DNA from: Octopus sinensis
Lineage: Eukaryota
Length of the DNA: 64,000 bases
NCBI RefSeq assembly: GCF_006345805.1
Contig: NC_043000.1
Span: forward strand, 49,476,001 to 49,540,000
Reading direction: 5' to 3'
Part shown: positions 13,202 through 26,745 of the stretch, piece after piece
Layout of the letters: every line of letters starts with the position of its first letter
Position numbering within the stretch: position 1 is the stretch's first letter
Notes under the pieces: model-generated
Database searches by the model: none
Seen by the model: the letters and a program-made list of their open reading frames with translations, nothing else
What the model was told of the DNA's origin: nothing
Translations under genes and position numbers: made by a program

Positions 13202-14062
13202 CTTTACTCATTTCAGTCATTTGGAGTACTGCTTTGAAGGGTTTTAATCAGACAAATTGACTCTGGAACTTACTTTTTTAAGCCTAGTACTTATTCTATT
13301 GGCCTCTTTTTGTCTAACTGCTAAGTTACAGGGACATAAACACACCAACACCGGTTGTCAAGCAGTGATGGGAGGACAGACAGACACACACATGATAGGC
13401 TTCTTCCAGTTTCTATCTACCAATTCCACTCACAAATCGGCCCAAAGCTATAGTAGAAGACACTTGCCCAAGGTGCCATGGAGTGGGACTGAACCGGGAA
13501 CCATGTGGCTGAAAAGCAAACTTCTTACCACAGCCATGCTTGTACCTATGAATTCAATATCATTTCATTTTAACATCCACTCTTCTATGCTTGCATGGGT
13601 TATATGAAACTCTTCTTTATCTTTTTTTTTTACTTGTTTTACTCATTGAACTGTGACCATGCTGGGACACTGCCTTGAAGGGTTTTTAAAAATATTTTGA
13701 CCTCTCTACATAATTTAAGCCTGGTACTTTGCCTATCAGTCTCTTTTGCCAAACCGCTAAGTTATGAAGACATAAGCAAAACCAGAACTGATTGTTAGGT
13801 TGTCGTGAGGACAAACACAAATACTTATAGATACACACACACATGCATGCACAGTGACACACACACACACACACACATATATATTTATATACATAAACAC
13901 AACAGGTTTCTTCCAGTTTCTGTCTCCCAAATGCACTCACAAGGATTTGAGCATTCTGGGGATGTAATTGAAGATGCTTACACAAGGTGCTACAAAGTGG
14001 GACTGAACCCAGAACCATGTAATTAGAAGCATAATTTTTGCCACACAACCACGCCTGCACTT
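13202..14062 (-). mobile_element. Two consecutive SINE family A copies (13202-13548 and 13625-14062)
   Basis: Tail/core/head motifs repeated twice in reverse orientation. Confidence 0.85.
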
Positions 14063-14467
14063 ATATGAAAGAGATGAAAAAAAATATTAGTTTCAAATCT
14101 TGACACAAGGCCAGCAATTTCAAGGCAGGTTGTAAGTCAATTACATCAACCCCAGTGCTCAGCTGACACTGATTTTATCAACGTTGAAAAGATAAAAGGC
14201 AAAGTCAACCCAGTGGGATTTGAACTTAGAATATAAAGACAGATGAAACACCAGTAAGCAGTTCTCCTGATGTAAAACTTTTAAATGAGAAGAACAATGA
14301 TGCTGCATATTGCTTTCTTGTAACAGTGAACTTGGTACAATTTTGGCAGAATGTTAACCACTTGAACCTCACTGATCTAGGAAGGCATGCTAAAAAGGTA
14401 TGGATGAGTGCATCACCTTCCTTCAGACGAAACCAATAAACAACTTTAAAATTTGGTAGGATATATA

Positions 14468-14792
14468 AAGGAGCACTCCGTCGGTTACAACAACGAGGGT
14501 CCTAGCTGATATGATTAATGGGACAGCCTGTTCATGAAATTAACATGCAAGTGACTGAGCAATCCACAGGCACACATACCCCTAATGTAGTTCTCAGGGA
14601 GATTCAGCGTGACACAAAGTGTGACAAGGCCGGCCCTTTTGAAATACAGGTACAACACATTTTTGCCAGCTGAGTGGACTGGAGCAACATGAAATAAAGT
14701 GTCTTGCTCAAGGATACAACACGTCGCCAGGAATCGAACTCACGACCTTACAATCTTGAGCCGAATGCCCAAACCACTAAGTCACGCACCTT
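14468..14792 (-). mobile_element. tRNA-derived SINE, family D (well preserved)
   Basis: Minus strand GTGAAGGTGCGTGACTTAGTGG...GTGAGTTCGATTCCTGGCG (A/B boxes) then GTTGCTCCAGTCCACTCAGCTGG. Confidence 0.85.
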
Positions 14793-15402
14793 CACAGGCA
14801 ATATAATATTCATGATTATTATCAATACCAGGATCAGGTTTTCTATTGTTGTTTCTCTTAATTTTATTCATTTAATATTAACATTGCTATTCTGTTTACC
14901 AACGCCATCCTAAAATTCAGATAAATTCTCTAATTTCTGTCTCTTTTGAAAATAAAAGGATGCTTTTTCTACTCTTTTTATGAATAATTCAAATAATCTC
15001 ATAATCTTCTTGTTCATTCTATCTAAATCTCTATTCATCTTACTTTATATATATATTATATATATATATACATATTTTGGTATGTGTGTGTGTGTGTATA
15101 TACACATATATGGATATGAGTGTGTGTGTATATGTATATATATATACATATATAAAAGTATATAGATATGTGTGTATATGCATATATATATATATATATA
15201 TCAAACTAAAGCAGAGATTAGAACAAGTGGATGGGAATGAGGAGAATAAAAACATTAACAATAACAACAACAATGATGGTGGTGATGATGATGATGATAA
15301 TAATAATAATAATAATAATCCACTGGAAATGAATAAATTCTCCATAGCACCTCCACCACCAGCACCTCTGCTTTTTATAATAAACACAATTGGTTCTCTT
15401 AC

Positions 15403-15482
15403 TTGGAATAAATAGTCACATAGATTTGAACAATATTTTCTTCGGTATCAAACATAGTGAAAAGCAGATTAATTTGGTCTGT
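15403..15482 (-). CDS. Candidate isolated coding exon (TDQINLLFTMFDTEENIVQIYVTIYS), product unknown
   Basis: Pyrimidine tract ...TATTGCAG| acceptor and AA|GTAAGA donor; one open frame of 80 nt; no homology recognised. Confidence 0.2.
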
Positions 15483-16214
15483 CTGCAATAGTTACAATGA
15501 GAGAAGACAACTGACCAATATGAATGATGTTGTTATAGTATTTTATACATGGGGTGTAGAGTTGACTGTGGGGTTAGAAAGTTCACTTTACAATTACAAA
15601 GAACCAGGTTCAATTCTACCCCGTGACACATCGGTAGATGAATTTTTACCTTGTTTTCTTCCATAATCATAGCATGACAAAAGCCTAACATGTCGATTAA
15701 GTAGACTGAAATTTTGGAAAAGAACCATCAACAATATACACACACACACACACTCACACATACATATATATATAAGAGAAATTACATTAAGACACAAGTT
15801 TATGTTATTTGTCTCTATGTGCATTTCACCATTTCTCCAACATTTCTTCTTTTGCTCATTTGCTCCATATATCATCATAACAAATAATATCAACTTCAAA
15901 TATTAGCACAAGGCCAGCAATTTTGGGGGAGGGGTAAGTCAATTACATCGGCCCCACGTACTCACTTGGTACATATTTTTTTGATTCCAAAAAGACGAAG
16001 GGCAAAGTCAGCTTCAGCAGAATTTGAACTAAGAACATAAAGATGGACAAAATGCCTCTGCCGCCTGTTCATAACAAGTAATAGTAATAAGTATAGTAGT
16101 TCCTTAACCACTGTACTGGAAACAAACTAGATGATGGTAGTCTACCTGGAGTTGTAAATATAACAATACATTTGTACATCTGTATGTACACAAATGATAT
16201 AATACATATATATA

Positions 16215-17094
16215 CAGGATGCAGTGAATAAACTGTCATCTAAATTATGCAAAAATGAAAATAACACTGACACCTCATTTCAACAGATATGTTTACCAAA
16301 ATTATATAAAATTATCTTGAAATACTAAATGGTAAATTTATTCAACAAAATTGCCATTGGCTTAAACTATGGCCTCAAGACGATTTCAGAATCTCCTGCA
16401 ACTCTTCTGAACGGTTTCCTTATTTAATTTGGAGAATGCTGCTATAATCCTTGCCTTCAGTTCATTTCTGGTGTTACAAGGAGTTTTATTATTCTCACAC
16501 AACTGTGCCCCACATATAATAATCGAAGCAGTTACAGTCTGGGGAGTTACATGGTCAGATGTTAGGCGTGGTGTAGCTTCAGAAATTGTCTGAAAGCTAT
16601 GACTGGGTTCTCCTGCTTGTGTGGCATGGTGCAGAGTCCTGTTGTTAGACATAAGGTCTTCCAGCAGCCACTCACTTCACCCAGGGCAGCACTATTTCCT
16701 CCAGGCTCTTGATGTAGGCCCCAGTGCTGAGGCCGTGTGAGGAGATGAATGGTGGCATAACATCACCATCACTAGTGTTCACTTCAAACACTATGATGTT
16801 GACTGGATGTTTGATTGTTATCACTCTCAGTACATGTCCTCAGCTTGCACTGTCCTCAGATCGACACCCAAACACTCTGAAATGCTCATATTGGAGCTTC
16901 CAGTGTGAATGCCAAGCAGTACAGCATGAAGTTTCCAACTTTCTGGCAAGTGAACGGCATCATGGTGCTGTTTTTCTCACAGAGGGTGCCCAACCGACCC
17001 TACTATACTGTGCACTCAACAAAATCAAAGACAAACAATGCACATGCATGAAATTAGAAATATAAAATGGCAACAATTTACCCATCACACCCTG
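16215..17094 (-). mobile_element. Internally deleted Tc1/mariner (maT/DD37D-like) element with both ends
   Basis: Transposase remnant ending NKTPCNTRNELKARIIAAFSKLNKETVQKSCRRF; 26-bp imperfect TIRs (16/26 identical, all mismatches transitions); TA at left boundary. DD37D assignment is inferred from family resemblance. Confidence 0.88.
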
Positions 17095-17463
17095 TCTATA
17101 TAGTAATAACAATAATAATCCTTGGATGGAATTCAAGGATTACCATTGTTATAACTATATTTATCCTACATTATATGGGCACAGCTCAGTGCAGCCCCAA
17201 AAAACTGGTATCACTAGTTGGCATCGTTAGGCTGTAGCTGGCATAACAGAATAGGAGTTTATATATGCATATTCAAAACGTTTCCTGTGAACAAAATTAA
17301 AGGATATATATGCATATATACAAGTGCACATACATATATATATATATGATATGTATATATTTATGTTTATATGAGTGAGTGGACAAATGAAAGACAGTAT
17401 CACTCAGCACATTTAATTATGTTTGTATGTATTTAATGATAACTGAATATCCTTCAATCAGCT

Positions 17464-17517
17464 CCACATTACTTCAAGTTCTGTGGCTGTAGAATGTGCC
17501 AACATCGTCAGATCTGG
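17464..17517 (-). ncRNA. Degenerate type-I hammerhead-like motif
   Basis: ccagat CTGACGA tgttggc-acattctaca-gccaca GAA cttgaagt A atgtgg: helix I 5/6 pairs, helix II 6 bp with bulge, one A missing from GAAA. Confidence 0.4.
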
Positions 17518-18279
17518 GTGTCTTCTATGTCCATAAAAGCCTTGACTAATATGAGGCTGTATCAAGCTGTTATCAAATGAATGTGTGTGTGTGTTTGCAC
17601 GTGCATGTGTTTATGCATGTGCATATGTGTGCTTAAGTTTCAGATAAAAAGAATTTTTTTTAAAAAACTCATCATTTCTCTAGAAGAAATCAAAAATTTC
17701 AGATGAATAAACTATTTGAAAACATCTGTCTAAATACTAGCATTTAAATAGATATTTTCTAATTGTTTTGCTTATTTAAAATTTTTAACTTTTGATGCAA
17801 AAAGTGACAGTTATTTATTTGAAATTTTTTTGTTGTCTGGCAAAGTAGTGAATATTTGTTGTTGAAAAATTGTCAAGTCTGAAATTTTGGATAAATGTTT
17901 CTTTCATCAATCACATATGAATACACACACACACACACTCATATACTTGAAAACTGATTCTGTTGATTTCATTATTCATGCTCTTTGTAAACATAAGCAG
18001 GCCATGCCACAGTTTGCAGAATTTAGTAAATGAGTGAGAAAACCTACCCATGTAAGGTGTTGTTGTTTTGTTGTGCAGCCCCTAATTATCTTTGACTGAG
18101 CAGACTATAACCAAAAGCATTTTCAGCTTTGGTGACTTGTATATTTTACAATGCTGTGGCACCTATATGCTCACATGAGAAAGAAATATACAAAAAGCAC
18201 AAAAGCAAAATCTAACATTTACAGAAACTTTATTTTATCCCTTTTACTTGCTGTCTGTGGTTAATAATAATGTCTCTTA

Positions 18280-19090
18280 TATTTTGAGGGTAATGTGGTT
18301 AATCAAATACATTGACTCCAGTATTTAAATGGTACTTTGTCTTATTAATCTCAGAGGCATGAAAGGTAAAATTGACATTGGTAAGATCTGGTAAGAATGT
18401 AAAGAGCTGGAAGAATTTTCTCCAATACTTTAATAATTTTGCCAATCAACTGCTCTAAGAATAATAATTCATTCTAATTTAGACACAAAGCCTATAGTTT
18501 TGAAGGGAGTGAGTTAGTTGATCACATCAACCCCAGTACCAAACTGGTACTTTTTTTCATTAAACCATGAGAGATGAAGAGCAAAGTTCACTTTGATAGG
18601 ATTTGAACTCAAAATATAAAGTGCTACAATGAATACCACTCAGCTCTGACAATTCTGACAGCTTGCTGTCCTAATAATAAGAATCCTTTCTACTATAGGC
18701 ACAAGGCCCCAAATTTTGGGGCATGGGGGCTAATTTATTGCATCAGCTCCAGTGCTCAACTCATACTTATTTTATTGATCCTGAAAGGATGAAAGGCAAA
18801 ATCTACCTCAGCAGGATATGAACTCAGAACGTAAATACTATAAGATATTTTTTCCTGACACTGAACCATTCTACAAATCTACTGTCCTTAATAATTTCTT
18901 ACATTGGCACAAGGCCTGAAATTTCGAGGGCAGTGGTCTGTTGATAATTTTAACCACATTACTTGACTGATATTTTATTTCATCAACCCCAGAAAGATGA
19001 AAGGGAAAGTTGATTTTGGTGAAATTTGAACTCAGATCATAAACAATCAGACAAAATATTACAATGTTACTCTAATGATTCTTTGAATTC
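18280..19090 (-). mobile_element. Head-to-tail array of four decayed family-B SINEs
   Basis: Four ~200-bp units with GGCACAAGGCC...GATGAAAGG...TTTGAACTCAG motifs (first unit most decayed). Confidence 0.7.
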
Positions 19091-20395
19091 AATAAGGAAA
19101 AAAATGGAAAATGAGAATCTCCCTCCTTTATGTGTTTATAAGAAATAAGAAATAAGCAGCAAGGAAGGATTCATGTCTTTCTTTGCATAGTTCTCTTGCA
19201 ATTATCTTTTTTAACCACATTTTTTTTCTGATTTTCAATTTGTGCATTCGTATAGCTATAAAGACAAAACATTAGCTATAACGCAATATCAGAAATAAAT
19301 GAATAATAATGATGATGATAATGATATATTTATCATTAAGCACTGGGACAATTTACCATGTTTCTCCTACTGCGATAATGAAACTCGATGACTAACTTAC
19401 ACAAAAGAACTTATCAAATATAAAATATTAATCTTCATTTCATAAAGCATCATGAACAGAAAAAATTAAAAACAAAAACACCAAAAAAAAAACACAAAAA
19501 AAAATAAAACAACAAAAACTCTTGAAATATCTCTTTCCTTATTTGTATTTATATACAAAAGACAATAATTTGTTTTTCAACCAAAGCAGTTTGCCATTGA
19601 CTTAAGGAATTAGTTTTCAAATATCTTTGTTCAGAAAACTGTTTTTCTAGGTTGCAGGATATTTATGAAGAAACTCGTTTGGTTATTGCTGTGGACATTA
19701 TTTTGCAGTGTGAATATTCTTGGATTATTTAATCTGAAAGAATAGATAGTTTCTTTATTTATTTTGCTTGTTATTTTTTTCTCTCTCTCTGTCAGTCTCT
19801 CTCTTTCTCTCTGTATTATTACAGTTGCACTTGAATATGCATTTTTGTTGTTGTTACTATTTCTTTTTGGCCACATTGTGAAAATTCCAATCTCTTTATT
19901 GTAAACAGCTACCTATCTGTTAAAATATAAAGCAAATGCACTGAAGATACAGAGAGAAATACAAATATATATATGTCCATTCATATAGTTTGTTGTATGA
20001 AATACAAATAAAGAATTCATAAATCTTCTAAAAAATATTATATATCAACTACTTCCCTATATTTTTTCATGATGGTGGTGGGCATTTTTGTGCTCTGTGT
20101 GTGTGTGTGTGTGTGTGTTAAAGTTTCTATAAAGACAGCTTTTTTTTCAGAAATATATTTGCTTGTCCTCACAATAAATCTGCCTGAAGATTTTAGCTTA
20201 ATTTTCTTTAAGCTGCTATTGTATGCATGTTCAAAAAGAGTTTAGGTGTACATTACAAGAACAAGAAGCATGAAATCCACATTTAATATTTTAAATATAA
20301 AGAATTAGCATGTTGATGCATGACAATGAACATACAGAGCACACTGATATTGTAAAATGATGATTACACACACACACATACATACAAATATATAT

Positions 20396-20457
<62 letters not shown>

Positions 20458-21063
20458 TACATATACTCACACATATATATGCATATATATATATACATAT
20501 ACATATGTATATGTATATATATATATGTGTATATATATATATATACAAGTAACATATATATATATATGAGAGGTTTAGGGAACAAGAAGGTAAACTGAAA
20601 TTTAAAAGAAAAGGAAGTAGTAAAAAAAATAATTAAATAGATAAAAAATAAAAATAACTATTGAGAAAAGGCATTGAAATCAGAGAATAAATCATTGTAA
20701 TTCAAAAATATTTCCATAGAAAATAAATCAATAATTTCCTCCTACCTCTGATTAATGGTTATCCAGCTGTAGACATCTTACTTGGGGGCGAATATTTTTG
20801 TGGTTGTCAAAGTAATTACTTTATTTGCAAACAACAAATGAATGATTTGAGAGATAATAAAAACACATTTGCAAACAATAGAAAACTCATAGATTCTATG
20901 TTGATTCAATTCAGTATTTGCTTTCAGTTCTTGTCTTGGTTTTTCTTCTTTCCTTTTTTTTTTATATTATTTGTTTAATTGCTTGTGCTATTTTCTTTTT
21001 ATTTTATACACACACGCATACATATATGTATATTATATATATATATATATGTGTGTATATATA

Positions 21064-21124
<61 letters not shown>

Positions 21125-21133
21125 GTACAAATG

Positions 21134-21176
<43 letters not shown>

Positions 21177-23178
21177 CATACACATACACTAAGCTGAGAT
21201 CTAGTTGTTATCTTTTAGTAAATAATAATAATAATAATAATAATGGATGAATAAATGCAAATAAACATTCTTGGTTTTTTTCTTCTTTGTTTTGTGCTTT
21301 TTTTTCTTTTGGTAGAGTTCTATTGTAAGAGAGCTTTTATCAATGAAACGCTATTCAATCTCCAGAGAGAAAAGGAGAGAAAATACCTAACACCTCCAGC
21401 AAATATGTTGTAGAAATGCAAATTTCATGTCAATATCAGATGATATCTGAATCAATAAAGTTTGTGTTACAGTAATGTGTTAACATTACAACTTACCTTC
21501 AGTGGTTTTTCACCAGGGTTTTAACTTCAATTTTCATTTTCTTCTTCGTCCTTTTGTGACGGATATCACCATGTAACAGACAGAATAATGGCTCAAAGCT
21601 AAATTGCCACTATTTGCAGTGTAATTCTGTTTAACTGACAGCTTCTACTGTTGTTCAGTTGCTTTAACTTTGAGATCAAATATCAGTCTTATGGCAGAAA
21701 CATTGATGGCTCATAGCTTGTTGCTAATGTTGTGTTATATCCCTAGCAAAGATATATATACCAGTGACCTAATTTAATGAGCTATAAATAGGTACATTAT
21801 AAATCTAATTTTCACTGCTTTCATGTGAAGGAGCACGGTCTAAGTTTTATATTTTGTTAATCTATTATTTGTTTTTTAAACTAAATTTGAATTCTTCCTT
21901 AAAGAAATTTTGTCATCCAGTGTTAAATTGGCAATAGATGTTACCATAGTATCAGTGCTGTAAGAGACTGGATGTGTTGAATTTATGTTTGAACATAGAT
22001 GCATAAAACATCAAGATTTTTTAGTATATTTGTTAAAGAAACACAAATGAAAAATTAAAATAAACAGAAATTAAAAATTACAATTTGGAAAGAAATTTTA
22101 TTATATGAGTCACATACAATTGTAAGGAAAAGAAAATTTTTAGTTTGTTTTCTTATCTGCTAATCTTCCTTTGAAACCACAAATTTATGATCTTTGTTCA
22201 CAAGATCAAATGATGCAGATATCATGAATTCATACGTTTGTATAAATTATCAGATAGGAATAGTTTAACATCCTTCTTGCTGTTTGTTGCTAGGTAAAAT
22301 GTGTATCAAAACAATCATGAAATCTCAGTCATTAAAAATCATTGTCTTCTTTGGCATCTGTAGATTTTGTGTAGCCATAAATTATCATCTGGAAAATCTT
22401 GCTCAAATTTGTGTTTGCCAAGCACAGTGAGGTGACATTGAATTGTCCTTACCAAGCCACAAGCCTGAGAAATGTAGCATGGATGACCAGTCTTTACTCA
22501 TGCAACATATTTAACCTCCTTATGTCACCAATGTTGTTCAACGGAAGGCTGACTCCTGATGCAACTTTGCACCAGTGTCTTCACAGGAATCGCCAGAATA
22601 AAATTAATGGCAATGTTGGACTGCTTTAGGGACACAAGCTATTGATTTTGTTCATTTGTTTAATGTCATTTTTTTTCTCTTTGCTGTGCTTACATGGGTC
22701 TGGATGGTGATTTATTTAAGGCAAGATTTTATAGCTGGATGCACTTCATGTTGCCATCGTACACATTGCTTTTCAAATAAAGAATTACTTTAATCCAGAA
22801 GTATTTGAAAGCATACAGCAACTAATTATAATGTTGAAATCAACACTGCCTTGCCATAGTAGTAGCAAGTGTGGAATATATAAGCAACAATACACATTCA
22901 CATATGAATACACACATACATACATACATATTATAGACTTCCTGTAACTTCCATCTAACAAATTTCCTCACATGGCATTGGTCAGATTGGAACTACAGTA
23001 AAAGATACCCAAGGTGCTACACTTAGTAGTTGATTAAATTGCCTCCAGTACTTTATTAGTTCTGGTACATTTTTATTGACCCTGGTAGAATGAAAGGCCA
23101 AGATGCCTTTGGTGGGATTTCAAAATCAAATATAGAGACCTAAAACAAATAATCACCTGTAAACACCAATCGAGAAAT

Positions 23179-23229
23179 TCTTTATACTGACATCAGTTTC
23201 AGCAATTTCCTTTGCCTCATCAGTAAAGA
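23179..23229 (-). ncRNA. Type-I hammerhead ribozyme
   Basis: UCUUUA CUGAUGA GGCAA-AGGAAA-UUGCU GAA ACUGA-UG-UCAGU A^UAAAGA: complete core, helix I 6 bp, helix II 5 bp, helix III 5 bp, GUA cleavage triplet. Confidence 0.85.
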
Positions 23230-23540
23230 CTGACTTCATTCGATAGATTCCAGACTTAATTTTCTATCAGTATTTATCTTCACACCATAAGAATTTATGG
23301 ATGATTTAGCAAATCGCTAATATCACTCATGTGTATACATAAAATAAATAAGAATAGCAGTATGCAATGTTTACCCAAAAAGGAAAACCATAATTGTCAC
23401 TGAATATGACTAGGGTATTAGAAACACTTACATTGTTAGAAACAAAAGCTAAAATGCTTTAATGCTGTTGTCAAAGAACATTATTGTAGATATATATACT
23501 GATAGGGACTATAATTGCCTGAAAAAAACAGATCAAGAAT

Positions 23541-23591
23541 TCCTTATACTGATGCCAGTTTCTACAATTTCCATTGCCTCATCAGTAAAGA
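23541..23591 (-). ncRNA. Type-I hammerhead ribozyme (second, more diverged copy)
   Basis: UCUUUA CUGAUGA GGCAA-UGGAAA-UUGUA GAA ACUGG-CA-UCAGU A^UAAGGA: complete core; G-A mismatch at base of helix II and G-U wobbles elsewhere. Confidence 0.75.
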
Positions 23592-24484
23592 CTGGATCAA
23601 CTTCATATATACATATATGTATGTATGCATACATTTGTATACATCTGCATACACACACATACACACACTACACACTCTTTTGTATATATGCATGTATATC
23701 ATATGTATGCATGTGTGTGTGTGTAAATGTGTTTATGTGTACCCTTGTCTTGGCATGGTTGTAAATGAGCATCAGTCATACAACCAATGTTCATTTCTAG
23801 TCTTCCTTAAAAAACATATATGGCCATGAGTAAATATAATCTTGTATGAAAATATAATCTTGCATGGAGGTTAGCAACAGGATGGGCAGCTGGCTATAGA
23901 AAGTCTTTCTCAATGAATTCCATCTGACCCATGCAAGCATAGAAAAGTGGACATTAAGTGATAAAAAATATAATCGATATAAATGTAGAATTCATTTATA
24001 AATTTTTTTTTCCTAAAATGGTTAGCATGATATCGTAAATTTGAATGAAGCTTGATTGTTAATTCTATCATACTGGGTGGCCACATACATATAATTCATT
24101 TATTTAACTCATAATAACAGTTACGTATTTAAAGATTAATAATCATGTGGTGTTGGCTAATATCATTTTCATTGGCAAATGAAGGAAGACAAATTTTTGA
24201 TGTATTTGCCTAAGCTCACATCAGCCTTGGTCAAACAAACCTATTATCAATGACATTAGCACTTTGACCATCCTTGTATTTTTCTTTGAGACTACATTAT
24301 CAATGCATCCTTTCTATTTTTAAGATGGATGTGAATTGCAGGAAATTTACTTCTGTTTCTAGCAGGATAAGTGCTAATTCCCTTCAAACTGAAATTTGTG
24401 CATGTGTTTTTATTTACATTTTACCCTTTTTTTACAATTTTGTTAATGTTTATCGTGAATTGTGTTCTTCTTATAATCAAAATC

Positions 24485-24720
24485 ATCATCATCATCATTT
24501 AACATCCGTGTTCTATACAGGTATTGCTTAGGCAGTTTGACAGGATCCAAAGCATCTAAGGCCTGCATCATACTCCAGTGTCTGATTTGGCATTGCTTCT
24601 ATGGCTGAATGCCCTTCTTAACACCAACCATTTTACAGAGTGTACTGGGTGCTTTTTCTTCTTGCACCAGCACTAGTGAGGTTACCATGCAGCTTGCAAG
24701 ACTACGAACCCTAAGAGGGT
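24485..24720 (-). mobile_element. Family C 3' fragment
   Basis: (CAT)n TTTAACATCCGTG...GAATGCCCTTCTTAAC...GCACCAGCACTAGTGAGG. Confidence 0.7.
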
Positions 24721-26244
24721 GGTCAGTTTTATGTTGGTGGAAGAAGGGCATGAGGGGCAGAGCAGAGCAAATTCTTATAGTAGAGCTGCCTCGTTACTCA
24801 CATTTAGTAAGGAAAGGAGAGAATAATATAACACATTATGTGTTATGAATTTCGTTGAAAAGATAGGCTTTAAATATAATTAAACCAATTAGTGCCTTCA
24901 TTTAATAGTGAGTGCATGTGCACAAAAACACACAAACTCACTCACACACAGACACATGCACACATACACATACTGTTTCACATACACACACACACACATA
25001 CCCACTTACAATACAAAATAGCCATATAATGATGCTGAGAAACAAACAGCAGACAAAATAATTGACACATTCCACTACCTTCCCAATAAATTAAAACTAA
25101 TCGGTAGTGAAGACCAGTGTGAAAACAACTGAAGTTACATGTGAAGCTATGTGTGTGCTGGAGCTTATAGCTTTTCATAAATAATAATGATAATAATAAT
25201 AATAATAATAAACAAATATAAACACATAGCAGTGTGTTCCAAAGTGTAATAGTCATCAAAATGTTTAACACAGTAGAGTTTTGACAGAAACATAGGAAAT
25301 AGTGGAGAGGTGAGTGGAAAAAGTAAGGTAGAAAGGGAAGAATGAGATACAGCAAATAATGATAATAAATTATGATTTGAAGCACATCTAATTTTATCAT
25401 CAACAGTATCTCAAATATTGAGAGATATAAAAATGAAAAAAAAAATTCAACAAATAAAAATATAAGAAATAGTTTCTAAAGACTTTCTTTCACCCTCATA
25501 AAATTTCAAGTGATTTTTTTTTTATTTTTATGAATTACGAATTAAGCACATAGAGTGTTATATTTGCATACAATAATAAATTTGTATTTTCTGAAGTCGT
25601 AAAATATAGTTATCAAGAATGCAGACAATGCACTGCATAGAGCACCATGACTAAAGTAAATAGAATTAGCTGCACCAAATGTCTGTGTTATACTTTACAT
25701 CAGTGATTCCCAAACATTTTCAAACTGTTACCCACTAGGCTCCAAGACCACATTCCTAGTCCCTCCTCTCACTCACCATTACAAACACAGACCACTTTCT
25801 GAAGCAAATTCAAAACAAATATATTTCACAAATAAAAGTTAACCTTATTAATCCATTATTTTGTTGTTTTTACATCCACCACCCACCACTTGGGTACCCC
25901 ATTTTTTCCCCATTGGTTCAACATTCCCTTGGTTCTTCAAAACTTCCTGCATCTTGGAGAGCAGCAACTAATGGAAGCTAATATATTTTCTGGCCCTGAA
26001 GAGAAAGACTAGTCTTGGGATACAATTTTAGCTGTGTTCTTGTGAAATCCTTGTTACAAATTTGTTACATGTTTCATATCAGGTTCAGGTATAGTGTAGT
26101 TTAGAAGTTTGCTCAGCAGTCATTTCAGGTTCAGTCCCACAGTGCAGCAACTCAAAAAAGTATTTTCTACTATAGCATGAGGTTAACTAAAGCTTTTGTG
26201 AGTAGATTTAGCAGACAGAAATTCAAAGAAGAATGTTGTATGTA

Positions 26245-26380
26245 CATAAGTATGACTGTGTGGCAAGAAGCTTGCTTCTCAACCACATGGGTCCAGGTTC
26301 AGTCCCACTGCATGGCACCTTGGGCAAGTGTCTTCTATTATAGGCCTAGGCCAAAGCTTTGTGAGTGTATATGTGCATGC

Positions 26381-26413
<33 letters not shown>

Positions 26414-26745
26414 CATATATGTGCATGCGTGTGTGTATATATATATATGCGCATGCATATGTGTGTGTATAAATATATGTGCATGCATGTGTGTGTGTAT
26501 ATATATATGTGTGTGTGCATGCATGTGTGTGTGTCTTTGTGTATGTTTGTCCCCCATCACCATTTCACAACCAATGTCAGCGTGTTTACATCTCCATAAC
26601 TTAGCAGTTTGGCAAGAGAGATCAACAGAATGAATACCAAGCTTTAAAAACAAAAGTACTGGGGTCGATTCATTTGACTAGAAATTCCTCAAGGTGGTGC
26701 CCCAGCATGGCCACAGTCTAACGATTGAAACAAGTAAATGATAAA
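26245..26745 (+). mobile_element. SINE family A with expanded internal (TA)/(TG)/GCAT compound repeat
   Basis: Head at ~26255, compound microsatellite 26370-26535, core and tail to GAAACAAGTAAA. Confidence 0.85.

Larger units (their letters stand above)
23150..23594 (-). mobile_element. Retrozyme/Penelope-like unit: ~80-bp direct terminal repeats, each with a hammerhead, 362-bp period
   Basis: 23150-23232 aligns with 23512-23594; internal 10-bp inverted repeat CTATCAGTAT (23264-23273 / 23496-23505). Confidence 0.7.

Noticed and set aside
14720-14792. tRNA-like A/B boxes here and in other SINE heads
   Set aside because: They continue into SINE bodies and do not form a cloverleaf; not tRNA genes
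18280-19090. Regularly spaced repeats that might suggest a CRISPR-like array
   Set aside because: Units are ~200-bp diverged SINE copies in eukaryotic DNA; there is no short identical repeat/unique spacer structure
21497-21743. Minus-strand segment with good acceptor and AAG|GTAAGT donor
   Set aside because: All three frames have stops shortly before the donor; at most a non-coding exon, with no supporting evidence
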